53,104 nucleotides of DNA from positions 1 through 53,104 of the IMG/VR virus record IMGVR_UViG_3300025066_000037; one strand, 5' to 3'. Of this stretch, positions 43,013 through 51,847 are shown in pieces. This DNA is from a virus (taxonomy: Duplodnaviria > Caudoviricetes). Each line of letters begins with the position of its first letter. Positions within the stretch are counted from its first letter, which is position 1. The notes beneath the pieces were generated by a model. The model searched no databases and had not been told where the DNA came from. It saw nothing but the letters and a program-made list of their open reading frames with translations. The position numbers and the translations under genes are program-made.

Positions 43013-45382
43013 ATGGCTACATTAGTAGAATCATTACAGCATATCGCTATAAATCCTGAAGATTGGTATATGGATGAAAGTACTTTAAAAGCACATAAAA
43101 TACTTTCCAGTATACCGGGAACGGAAAATTATGAACAGGGGGAAGGTTTCTTTGACGTTAATACTAAAAGAATAGAGCATCTTCAAAATAATTTTAATAA
43201 TCCAGACTTTCAAGACTATGTTTTAAAGCATCCCTCTCTTTTTGATGCATTTCCGAATGAACTTTCTTCATATACTCCGTTTATGAATGAAGTTTTGAAA
43301 AGTAGACAGATAACTCAAGCTGCTCCTCCTGCGCCTTTAATTGAAAATCCAAATATGGTGCCTCTTGTCAATGTAGCAGAAAGAAATCCTGTTGAACCTC
43401 TTAATGAAAGAAGGGTACCAAGAACATTATCTTCTGGTCCTTTAGTCTCCGCAGCGGGAAGTACTGAACATCCAGAAAATTCACAAGAATTTAAACAATT
43501 TATTAAAGATCGGAATGAAAGTCCTGCTTTCGAAGATTCTTCAGGTTTTGTATCAAGTATGTCCAATGATGATTTTGCTGAACTCTCTCGTTACGAAGAA
43601 AATGCAAGACTTGCCCATGAAGAGGATCAGGAAGCTCCCGGTGGTCAATACGACCATAAATACTCACCTGCCTACGAAGAGTATGATGAAGTTCCCGGTG
43701 GTCAATACGACCATAAATACTCACCTGCCTATGAAGAGTATGATGAAGTTCCCGGTGGTCAATTCCGTGGAGAGGAACCCGCATTTGGTAGAGCATTAGG
43801 ATTAAATCGTTCTGAAGACCAAATTAAAAAAGACGTAGCAATTTCTAAAGCTCTTGATAGAGGCGACTACGATGCAGTTATGCGTATTCAAGAAGGAAAA
43901 GAGCCTGAACTAGATAATTATTCGTATATGGATGAACAACGTCACAGATATCAAGATGGTGGATTTGTTCCTCCAGAGGAAGCGCCTGTTCCAGTAGACG
44001 GACCTCCGCTTCCAGAAGACGATATGGGCTTTGTAGGCTCACCAGAAGAAGCCGCTGTTGATCAAGTTGACGCTGCACAAAATGGAGATATGGGTGGAGA
44101 TAATGTAGAAGCCAATGTTCCCGAAGGCTCCTTTGTATTAAATTCGTATGCTGTAGAATTGGCAGGTATCAAAGATATCGAAAAACTGGTTAAAGATGCT
44201 AAGAAATTCTATATGGAGCAAAAGCAACAGGAGGGACTTGTTTCTCCAGATGCAGGACAGGAAGAAGACATTGAAATTCGCGTATCCGAAGGCGAGTACA
44301 TCATTCCTCCTGCGCTTGTACGGATTATTGGACGGGACCGCTTAGAGAAGATTAATAAGCGTGGAATCGATGAGTTTGAGCGGCAACAGGCAGAAGAAAC
44401 AGAGGCCGGTGGTCAGGAAATGCCACAGGAGCCACAGGGCTTTATGCCTCAAGAAGAAGCAGCGCCCATGCAACAGGAAATGGCTGCACCTATGCCACAG
44501 GGGTTTGCAACAGGCGGGGGAGTTCAATCAGATGTATCTGTTCCTCTTTTTCAAACTTTAAATGCATTACAAGGTGTTTTTGGTAAATCACAACAAAAGA
44601 CAGCACAAGCACCTAAACGGAAAAAAGTAGCTGCTGTTGCACAACCAAGAGGAAGACAGAATGTTGCACGACCTAAATTGCCGCAACAACAGCCGAACCA
44701 GCCTCTTACTGGTATTACCCCTTCTGCTGGTGGCTTCATGCAACCCGGTGGAGTTGGCTCAAAAAAAAAGTATGATGTCGGGGGAAGCGTAGCTCCTATT
44801 CCACGATGGAAACCAATTAGTCCAAAAGAATCAAATGTTCTTGATCCTTTTTATACAAATAATCCCGGTAATGTAGAAGCTAGATTTGATTGGGCAGGAA
44901 CCGTAGGACGTTATGCTACAAAAAGAGAAAGAGAAAAAGGAAAAAGTTCTTTTGCTGTATTTAGTCATCCTGTTTTAGGTATTCGTGCTTTAGCAAGAGA
45001 TTTAAAAACAAAGATAGGAAATAAAAAAGGAAATTTAAGAGAAATTATTACACGATATGCTCCTAAAAATGAAAATAAAACACAAAACTATATTAATTTC
45101 ATACAAAGTGAAATAAAAAATAAAAATAAGAATAAAACGGTTACAACGGTTACAGAAAAAGATTTACCTGCTTTAGTAAAGGCAGTAATAAAATTTGAAA
45201 ATACAAAAGCAGATAAAGACTATTATATGAAAAATCCTGAATGGATAGAAGAAGGAATAGAATTATCGAAGAAAAGTATTCCCGGTACTTTAAAAACTTT
45301 AGAGGAAGTAAGGGAATATGTTTATCCTCCTATTCCAAAGGAGAAACCAAAAAAGATGGAAGGCGGATTTGTATCCGCTTGA
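43013..45382 (+). CDS. Multidomain virion protein with C-terminal lysozyme-like (NNPGN) domain
   Basis: Two D..A.V.EG.(F/Y)V modules; NNPGNV...FAVF....GIRAL...IITRYAP..ENKT..YI; several xxGGxV motifs. Confidence 0.7.
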   Translation: MATLVESLQHIAINPEDWYMDESTLKAHKILSSIPGTENYEQGEGFFDVNTKRIEHLQNNFNNPDFQDYVLKHPSLFDAFPNELSSYTPFMNEVLKSRQITQAAPPAPLIENPNMVPLVNVAERNPVEPLNERRVPRTLSSGPLVSAAGSTEHPENSQEFKQFIKDRNESPAFEDSSGFVSSMSNDDFAELSRYEENARLAHEEDQEAPGGQYDHKYSPAYEEYDEVPGGQYDHKYSPAYEEYDEVPGGQFRGEEPAFGRALGLNRSEDQIKKDVAISKALDRGDYDAVMRIQEGKEPELDNYSYMDEQRHRYQDGGFVPPEEAPVPVDGPPLPEDDMGFVGSPEEAAVDQVDAAQNGDMGGDNVEANVPEGSFVLNSYAVELAGIKDIEKLVKDAKKFYMEQKQQEGLVSPDAGQEEDIEIRVSEGEYIIPPALVRIIGRDRLEKINKRGIDEFERQQAEETEAGGQEMPQEPQGFMPQEEAAPMQQEMAAPMPQGFATGGGVQSDVSVPLFQTLNALQGVFGKSQQKTAQAPKRKKVAAVAQPRGRQNVARPKLPQQQPNQPLTGITPSAGGFMQPGGVGSKKKYDVGGSVAPIPRWKPISPKESNVLDPFYTNNPGNVEARFDWAGTVGRYATKREREKGKSSFAVFSHPVLGIRALARDLKTKIGNKKGNLREIITRYAPKNENKTQNYINFIQSEIKNKNKNKTVTTVTEKDLPALVKAVIKFENTKADKDYYMKNPEWIEEGIELSKKSIPGTLKTLEEVREYVYPPIPKEKPKKMEGGFVSA
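43637..43763 (+). repeat. In-frame 57 bp tandem repeat (PGGQYDHKYSPAYEEYDEV x2.2)
   Basis: cccggtggtcaat at 43637, 43694 and 43751. Confidence 0.92.
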
Positions 45383-45389
45383 CAAGAAG

Positions 45390-45464
45390 GTCAGCCACCC
45401 GATTTATCGGCTCTGACAAATAACACCTAAGAAGACGGATACCCAATTCTATAATTGGCCCCGT
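45390..45464 (+). promoter_or_regulatory. Twin hairpins with the same 4x2 internal loop in the scaffold 5' UTR
   Basis: GTCAG-CCAC-CCGA TTTA TCGG-CT-CTGAC and ACGG-ATAC-CCAATT CTAT AATTGG-CC-CCGT, ending 2 nt before SD GGAGG. Confidence 0.7.
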
Positions 45465-45476
45465 ATGGAGGTATAA

Positions 45477-46310
45477 ATGAGTGAAACAACTTTAATTAAC
45501 AAGGAAGATACCGAGGCTACCCCATATCAAAATGCTTATCGAAAAGACTTAGCAATTGATGACGATGAAGCAGAATCTCTTGATCTTGCCGATGTACAAG
45601 GCGTAAACAAGGATACTTCTAGCCTCATCCAAAATGAAGAACAGGAACATGATTGGAAGAAGCGATATAGCGATCTAAAGCGATATCATGACACCAAACA
45701 AAATGAATGGAAACAGGAACAACAGTTAGCGGAAGCGAAGTTTGCAGCACAACAGCGTGTTCCTGCTGAACTTCCTAAAACTCAAGAGGAACTGGAAACA
45801 TTCAGAGATGAGTATCCTGAAATCTTTAGTGTAATGCAATCTGTCTCGCAACTTGAAGCAGGTTCTCGTGTTAATGAACTTGAAAAGCAAATCGAGTATC
45901 TACAGGAGAATGAGTCAAAAGCAAGAGAACAGGTCGCTGAACAGGAATTGCTAGTTAAGCACCCAGACTTTTTTGAACTAAAGGAAAATCAGGAATTTCT
46001 TGATTGGCTAATACTACAGCCAGAAAATATTTCTGATGGACTTTACAAGAACAAAAAGGATGTTGCGTGGGCATCTCGCGTAGTTGACTTGTATAAATTA
46101 GAAACTAATCGCTCTCAGAAACAGCCTAAATCTAAAGGTAGGCAAAATGCAGCAGAAGCAGTGACAAAAACACGCACTCTTTCTTCTGATAATATGTCAC
46201 AGGAAAAAAAGATTTGGACTGTCGAAGAAATTTCTCGCTTGAAACCACATGAATTTGAGCAACTAGAATCTGAAATTGATGCGGCTAAACGAGAGGGAAG
46301 AATTCAATAA
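45477..46310 (+). CDS. Capsid scaffolding protein
   Basis: Acidic coiled coil with WKKRYSDLKR, ending IDAAKREGRI; directly upstream of the capsid gene. Confidence 0.85.
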   Translation: MSETTLINKEDTEATPYQNAYRKDLAIDDDEAESLDLADVQGVNKDTSSLIQNEEQEHDWKKRYSDLKRYHDTKQNEWKQEQQLAEAKFAAQQRVPAELPKTQEELETFRDEYPEIFSVMQSVSQLEAGSRVNELEKQIEYLQENESKAREQVAEQELLVKHPDFFELKENQEFLDWLILQPENISDGLYKNKKDVAWASRVVDLYKLETNRSQKQPKSKGRQNAAEAVTKTRTLSSDNMSQEKKIWTVEEISRLKPHEFEQLESEIDAAKREGRIQ

Positions 46311-46328
46311 CAATAAGGAGATACTAAA

Positions 46329-47285
46329 ATGGCATTTGGAGTAGCAGCCGGATATAGTAACCTGCCTAATGGTAAGTTTCTACCGGCAATCTATAGCCAA
46401 AAAGTACTCAAATTCTTCCGTCGTGCCTCTGTAGCAGAAGCTATTACTAATACAGATTATGCGGGGGAAATTGAAAATTTTGGCGACACGGTGAAGATTA
46501 TTAAAGAACCATCAATCACGGTATCCTCGTATACCCGTGGTTCTGTAGTCAACACTGAAGACCTGTCCGACACCGAGATTACTCTTGCTGTCGATCAGGG
46601 TAATTACTTTGCTTTTAAAGTTGATGATGTCGAAGAGCGGCAGAGCCATGTTAATTGGGAATCTCTGTCCACTTCTAGCGGCGCATACAGCTTGAAGAAG
46701 GCATATGATTACAATATTCTGAAGAATATCAGCGACAATGCTGCTACTGACACTACCAATCTTGGTGCTGCCAGTTCAGCGATTTCGTGCAACACCGGCA
46801 ACGAGTGCGCTAACTATCTTAGCACTTTTGCCCGTAAGTTGGACGAAGGTGACGTTCCTGAAGAGAACCGTTGGATTGTGGCCCCGCCTCAGTTCTACGA
46901 AATTCTGCGTCAGGCGGATGCCAAGCTGATGGATTCCAGTGTTACCGGCGAAGATAAGTCTGCCCTTATGAATGGTGCTGTCACCTCTCGTAAGATTCAC
47001 GGCTTTACTTTGTATCAGACTAACGCGATTGCTGTTAGCTCTGCTGGTACTGCTGCGTCCCACACTTTCGGTCCTTCGGCCACCAGCGGCGAGACTATCG
47101 TTCTTGGCGGTCACATGAGCGCGGTTTGCACTGCTTCCGCAATCGCAAAGACCGAAGTGATCCGTGACCCCGATAGCTTTGCAGACATTGTTCGTGGTCT
47201 GCATGTTTTCGGACGTAAAGTGCTACGCTCTTCGGGCACCGGCTTTGTCGGCGTCTACAAGGGTGTACCTGATCTTAACACATAA
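46329..47285 (+). CDS. Major capsid protein
   Basis: GYSNLPNGKFLPAIYSQKVLKFFRRASVAEAITNTDYAGEIENFGDTVKIIKEP...RDPDSFADIVRGLHVFGRKVLR; SD AAGGAG. Confidence 0.92.
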   Translation: MAFGVAAGYSNLPNGKFLPAIYSQKVLKFFRRASVAEAITNTDYAGEIENFGDTVKIIKEPSITVSSYTRGSVVNTEDLSDTEITLAVDQGNYFAFKVDDVEERQSHVNWESLSTSSGAYSLKKAYDYNILKNISDNAATDTTNLGAASSAISCNTGNECANYLSTFARKLDEGDVPEENRWIVAPPQFYEILRQADAKLMDSSVTGEDKSALMNGAVTSRKIHGFTLYQTNAIAVSSAGTAASHTFGPSATSGETIVLGGHMSAVCTASAIAKTEVIRDPDSFADIVRGLHVFGRKVLRSSGTGFVGVYKGVPDLNT

Positions 47286-47301
47286 TAGGGAGGACTGAAA
47301 A

Positions 47302-47772
47302 ATGGCTACTTATACTATTGACAATGTAGGCACTGCTGGTCATCCCGCAAACGCAGCCGCTGTTCGTGTTGTTGACATGGTGATCGACTTTAGTGAAACC
47401 ACTAATGCCGCCGCCGATGTTTTTGAATGCATTAGCATTCCAGCTAACACGTACATTATTACGGCGGGTGTTGATGTGTTGACCGCAGATTCTGCGGGTA
47501 ACAGCGGTACTCTCTCTCTAGGAGATGGTGACGATGTTGACCGTTATATCACTGCTGCTGCCCCCGGTAGTTCTACTATGACTATCAAGGCACAAGCAGG
47601 TACTAGCGCAATGGGAACGACTTCGGTTGCTTACGGTATTCATACCGCTGCCGATACGCTTGATCTTGTTGTGGGTACTGGTGCGATTAATGGTAAGTAT
47701 CGTGTTTGGGCATTGACTGCCGACTTCGGTGGCATGGGCGATGCTGAATCACAAGTTGTAGGTTTCTCGTAA
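47302..47772 (+). CDS. Capsid decoration/minor capsid protein
   Basis: 156 aa, beta-rich, directly after the capsid gene; SD GGGAGG. Confidence 0.65.
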   Translation: MATYTIDNVGTAGHPANAAAVRVVDMVIDFSETTNAAADVFECISIPANTYIITAGVDVLTADSAGNSGTLSLGDGDDVDRYITAAAPGSSTMTIKAQAGTSAMGTTSVAYGIHTAADTLDLVVGTGAINGKYRVWALTADFGGMGDAESQVVGFS

Positions 47773-47790
47773 ACCTTGAGTAACGGTTTC

Positions 47791-47820
47791 GGAGGGTCCG
47801 TTCAAAACCCTCCACCTTAA
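47791..47820 (+). terminator. Hairpin after capsid/decoration genes (probably leaky)
   Basis: GGAGGGT/ACCCTCC stem with a weak U-tract. Confidence 0.5.
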
Positions 47821-47841
47821 CCTAATTAAATGGAGTTTGTA

Positions 47842-47922
47842 ATGAAACTATTTAGAAAAATCAAAGAATGGCTAAAGCGTCTTTGGACTGTTAGCTGTCA
47901 AAAGCTATGCTTCTGTAAGTAA
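47842..47922 (+). CDS. 26 aa amphipathic Cys-tailed peptide; not in ORF track
   Basis: MKLFRKIKEWLKRLWTVSCQKLCFCK; SD GGAG. Confidence 0.5.
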   Translation: MKLFRKIKEWLKRLWTVSCQKLCFCK

Positions 47923-47928
47923 AGTAAA

Positions 47929-48027
47929 ATGACCTGTAAGAAATGTGAATGTGAAGATTGTCAAGATGAATGCATCTGTGAAACATGTACTCACGAAGCA
48001 TGCGATTGTCAGAAAAGGGAAGAGTAA
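47929..48027 (+). CDS. 32 aa metallothionein-like Cys-rich peptide; not in ORF track
   Basis: MTCKKCECEDCQDECICETCTHEACDCQKREE (9 Cys, 1 His); TAATG coupling to the next gene. Confidence 0.6.
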   Translation: MTCKKCECEDCQDECICETCTHEACDCQKREE

Positions 48028-48272
48028 TGGAATCATTAAAGAATATGATACCACGGATTGATCCGGCGTCAATACGTAAGGGCTGGAAATATAGTGAAAA
48101 ACCTTTAGCTGGAAAAGCTATAAAAGGATATGTATATATGGGCAGGGTTCCTGATCCAAAAAAGGGAAAAGGAACACAGAATACTGTAAGAGCATATGCG
48201 CCGAGTACAAAGTTAAAGACTAGCTCTACTAAGAAATACGCTAAAGGCAGTGGCGTAAGAAAGGCGCAGTAG
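48027..48272 (+). CDS. Basic protein ending KKYAKGSGVRKAQ
   Basis: Likely start MESLKN (coupled); C-terminus similar to that of 34920..35477. Confidence 0.6.
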   Translation: MESLKNMIPRIDPASIRKGWKYSEKPLAGKAIKGYVYMGRVPDPKKGKGTQNTVRAYAPSTKLKTSSTKKYAKGSGVRKAQ

Positions 48273-48278
48273 AGATGA

Positions 48279-48545
48279 ATGGCATGGAGATGGACTGCAC
48301 TCATAGTTTATTTAATAATCTGCATCTATGATTTTGTAGTTGTACCTGTGTGGTATGGACTAAACAGACCCGACCTTGCTTCCTTCGTAACATATATAAT
48401 AACAATTGAAGACCCATTAGTACAATTAGAATTAATGAAAAAAATGACAGGGCAACACACCCCTTTTACTCTTATGGGCGGCGGATTATTCCACTTAGCC
48501 TTTGGAGCATTACTTACCGGATCAGTATTTGGTAAGGAAAAATAA
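48279..48545 (+). CDS. Holin-like membrane protein
   Basis: WRWTALIVYLIICIYDFVVVP...PFTLMGGGLFHLAFGALL; 2 TM segments. Confidence 0.65.
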   Translation: MAWRWTALIVYLIICIYDFVVVPVWYGLNRPDLASFVTYIITIEDPLVQLELMKKMTGQHTPFTLMGGGLFHLAFGALLTGSVFGKEK

Positions 48546-48597
48546 ATAATCGCCAATAATGGGATTATTAAAACTCGCTGAAAAGGAGACTACTATG
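48545..48597 (+). promoter_or_regulatory. ROSE-like RNA thermometer in hsp20 5' UTR
   Basis: CTCGCT-GAAA-AGGAG hairpin with a bulged G opposite the SD, preceded by the hairpin AATAATC(G)CCA ATAA TGGGATTATT. Confidence 0.7.
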
Positions 48598-49023
48598 AAT
48601 ACAATTAACGGTGCGCTAATAAAAGATTTCAGAAGTTTATTTAACAAGATGTCAGTAGGAAGGACTTTTGATGAGTACTGGATTCCAGATCATCGAACTT
48701 CAAATTATCCTCCGTACAATCTTGTGCAAGAATCTGAAAATAATTATCGAATTGAAATAGCTGTTGCTGGTTTCTCTAAGGAGATGTTAAAGATTCTGGA
48801 AGAGGAAGGCCGTCTTACAGTTGAAGGAAAGCAAGAGGCTTCTGAGCGTTCAGAGGAAGAGGAGCTTTGGCAGTATAATGGCTTGGCCCAACGAAAGTTC
48901 ACTCGTAGTTTTTATCTTGCTCCTAATGTAGAAGTTAGTGAAGCAAAACTAGAGAACGGCATTCTGGTTATTCGCTGTCATAAAGACGTAGATAAGAATC
49001 AAAAGACGATTGAAATCCTATGA
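48595..49023 (+). CDS. hsp20: Small heat shock protein Hsp20 (IbpA-like)
   Basis: SNYPPYNL...YRIEIAVAGFS...GLAQRKFTRSF.L...VEV..AKLENGIL; SD AAGGAG favours the ATG at 48595. Confidence 0.92.
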   Translation: MNTINGALIKDFRSLFNKMSVGRTFDEYWIPDHRTSNYPPYNLVQESENNYRIEIAVAGFSKEMLKILEEEGRLTVEGKQEASERSEEEELWQYNGLAQRKFTRSFYLAPNVEVSEAKLENGILVIRCHKDVDKNQKTIEIL

Positions 49024-49043
49024 TAAAAAGGTAAACAACTATA

Positions 49044-49757
49044 ATGGATTATCTAGCATTATCGAATAAAGTGCTTCGTTCTCTTAATGAGGTAGAACTT
49101 ACATCAGCTAACTTCTCTAATAGTAGGGGTATTCAAACGGCTGTAAAGGATTTTGTAAATAGAAGCATTAACGATATCTACACTGCTGAACTGGAATGGC
49201 CGTTCCTTCATACAGATGGAACAATTACTACTGTTGCAGGAACAGCGGAGTATGCTCTTGTATCTGGATTTAAATCAGTAGATGTAGACACCGTATATCT
49301 GATTGAATCCGGCACAGATGTTAAGATTATTCCGTATGTTCCGTATGTTCAATTTGCTCAACAGTTTCGGGAGCGTGATCTTGATCCTACTACTACGGAC
49401 AATAGGGCTAAACCCGAATATCATTATTTAACTCAGGATGATAAAATAGGGCTTACTCCTATTCCTGATGCGGAGTATACTGTGCATTACGAATACTGGC
49501 AGACCCATACTGATCTTTCTGCATCTACTGATGAACCTGTATTACCTACCCGTTATCACGATGTTATTGTAGCACGGTGTGAATACTATGTGCATCAGCT
49601 TCGTGCAGACCTGCAAGCAGCGACTTTAAAACACTCTGAGTTTGAAAAAAGGATTGAGCGAATGCGTGTTGATCTGATTAATAAGCCAGACCTTATGCGC
49701 TCTACAGCAGTTAATGCTGGCTCTCAATCTAACACACGGCATCCGAAGTACTTCTAA
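49044..49757 (+). CDS. Tail tubular protein A / head-tail adaptor
   Basis: YLALSNKVLRSLNEVEL...EWPF...LTPIPD..YTV.YEY...P.LPTRYHDVIV. Confidence 0.75.
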   Translation: MDYLALSNKVLRSLNEVELTSANFSNSRGIQTAVKDFVNRSINDIYTAELEWPFLHTDGTITTVAGTAEYALVSGFKSVDVDTVYLIESGTDVKIIPYVPYVQFAQQFRERDLDPTTTDNRAKPEYHYLTQDDKIGLTPIPDAEYTVHYEYWQTHTDLSASTDEPVLPTRYHDVIVARCEYYVHQLRADLQAATLKHSEFEKRIERMRVDLINKPDLMRSTAVNAGSQSNTRHPKYF

Positions 49758-49759
49758 GA

Positions 49760-50092
49760 ATGGCTGAATCAAGACTACGTACTACTGGACAGCTTCTAAC
49801 AGGAACCGGAGCAACAACTGTATATACTTGCCCGTCTAACTTTGAAGCAGAGGTTAAACTGTTATACGCAAATAACCTACACAGTAGTGCTGTTGATCTT
49901 ACTATTAAAGCAGTGTTATCTTCTACTGATATACCTATCGTAACTACCTGTAGTATGGCAGCAGATGAGATACTAGATGTACTTAATTCAGGCCCAATAG
50001 CAATGCAAGCGGCGGATACTATTGTGGTTACTGCTGGAACAGCAAGTAAATTAAACATAGTTGTAACCGTTAGTGAAAGCTTTGTAGGATAA
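49760..50092 (+). CDS. Small virion protein (related to 1301..1648)
   Basis: TTVYTCP...AADTIVVTAG pattern like 1301..1648. Confidence 0.6.
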   Translation: MAESRLRTTGQLLTGTGATTVYTCPSNFEAEVKLLYANNLHSSAVDLTIKAVLSSTDIPIVTTCSMAADEILDVLNSGPIAMQAADTIVVTAGTASKLNIVVTVSESFVG

Positions 50093-51835
50093 ATGGAAAA
50101 TATTCAACATCAAATAATCTCCTGTGATGGAGGGCTTGTTCTAAACAGAGATACGTTTACTCAACTTCCCGGTTCTGCGCTTCAATTACAGAATTTTGAG
50201 CCTTCCATTAAGGGCGGATACAGACGTATTTCTGGTGTAAATAAAGCGGTTATGCTGGAATTTAATGATACGAACTTAGGTACTACAAGCAAGACCGGCT
50301 CTAGTTCGATGTTGATGACTGCTATCCTTAATGAAAATATTATTGCAGCAAGAGGGGCTGTAATCGGTAAGGCAAATTCTACTACTCTTTCTACTTCTCA
50401 TACTGCTTCTGTTACAACCATGACTGTAGAGAATACTACTGGATTTGCTTCTTCCGGTACGCTGTATATAGGTTCAGAACAAATTACGTATACAGGAAAA
50501 ACAAGCACCACATTCACTGGATGTACTCGTGGCGCAAGTGCTACTACTGCTGTTGCGTATATTAAGGGAAATATAATTTCTTCTGTATGGACAAAGATTG
50601 ACGAATCAAGAACAAGTGCTAATAAATATATTTACACACGCTTTAATTTTAACGGAACCGATAAGATTGCTATTGCTGATGGGCAAAACTACGCTGCAAC
50701 GTATGATGGGTCTACTTTTACACTACTGAATGGTGCTACTGGTTCTGGTGCTGGTACTGCTCCTACTGCTACCGAATCAATCATCGCTTTTAAGAACCAC
50801 ATGTTCTTTTCTAAGTCATCTTCTAATGAGCTTGTATTCTCTGCCCCGTTCTCTGAAAATGATTTTACTCCTGCAAATGGTGCAGGAAGCATAAGCACAA
50901 ACGATAAGATTATCGGTACGGCAATTTTTCGTGAAAGATTGTTTATCTTCTGTAAGGACAGTATTTACGTTTTAAATGGAAGTAGTATAGCAGATTTTGC
51001 TATGCAGCCTATAACACGAAACTTAGGTTGTTTGGATAAATTCTCTATTCAAGAAGTCGGAGGCGATCTCATTTATCTTGCTCCTGATGGTTTACGTACT
51101 ATTGCCGGTACTGAAAAACTTCACGATGTTGAACTAGGAACGGTAAGTAAACCAATTCAAGAACGTGTAAATGAGATTGGTTTTGATAATATTTCTTCTG
51201 TTGTTATCAGAGAAAAATCTCAGTATCGTCTTTTCTTTCCTTCAACAGTAGGATCAGAAGCAGTTCAATTAGGTCTTATAGGAGTTATAAAACAATCACA
51301 TGAAGGGCAGATTGGTTTTCAATGGTCTGACATGAAAGGAATAAAACCCAGTTGTGCTGATTCTGAATATATCGGAGATGTAGAATTTGTTTTGCACGGA
51401 GGATATGATGGTTTTGTATACAGACAGGAAAATGGAGATACTTTTTCTGGAACAAACATAAAAGCATTTTATCGTTCTCCCGATGTTATCGTAGGAGATG
51501 CGGGTATTCGTAAAAGTATGCAACGAGTTATTACAAACTACAAAACAGAAGGCGCAGTTTCAGCAGAATTAAGAGTTCGATATGATTATGATTCACCTGA
51601 TATCGCTCAACCTTCTGCATACGCTATAACGGAAGGCGCAGGTATTGCAGTATATGGTCTGCCTGTAAGTACGTATAATACAGCAGTATATGGTTCATCT
51701 GGTACACCGCTTGTAAGACAATCAGTAGAAGGAGGAGGATTTGCAGTTGCAATTAAATTTGATGAATCTTCTGGTTCCTCCCCATTCACACTAAACGGAT
51801 TTCAACTAGAATTTACTGCCGGTGGCAGACATTAA
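50093..51835 (+). CDS. Tail tubular protein B / nozzle (beta-propeller)
   Basis: CDGGLVLN, LQNFEPSIKGGYRRISG, SIQEVGGDLIYLAPDGLRTIAGT and REKSQYRLFF. Confidence 0.8.
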   Translation: MENIQHQIISCDGGLVLNRDTFTQLPGSALQLQNFEPSIKGGYRRISGVNKAVMLEFNDTNLGTTSKTGSSSMLMTAILNENIIAARGAVIGKANSTTLSTSHTASVTTMTVENTTGFASSGTLYIGSEQITYTGKTSTTFTGCTRGASATTAVAYIKGNIISSVWTKIDESRTSANKYIYTRFNFNGTDKIAIADGQNYAATYDGSTFTLLNGATGSGAGTAPTATESIIAFKNHMFFSKSSSNELVFSAPFSENDFTPANGAGSISTNDKIIGTAIFRERLFIFCKDSIYVLNGSSIADFAMQPITRNLGCLDKFSIQEVGGDLIYLAPDGLRTIAGTEKLHDVELGTVSKPIQERVNEIGFDNISSVVIREKSQYRLFFPSTVGSEAVQLGLIGVIKQSHEGQIGFQWSDMKGIKPSCADSEYIGDVEFVLHGGYDGFVYRQENGDTFSGTNIKAFYRSPDVIVGDAGIRKSMQRVITNYKTEGAVSAELRVRYDYDSPDIAQPSAYAITEGAGIAVYGLPVSTYNTAVYGSSGTPLVRQSVEGGGFAVAIKFDESSGSSPFTLNGFQLEFTAGGRH

Positions 51836-51847
51836 AAAGAGGCATTA

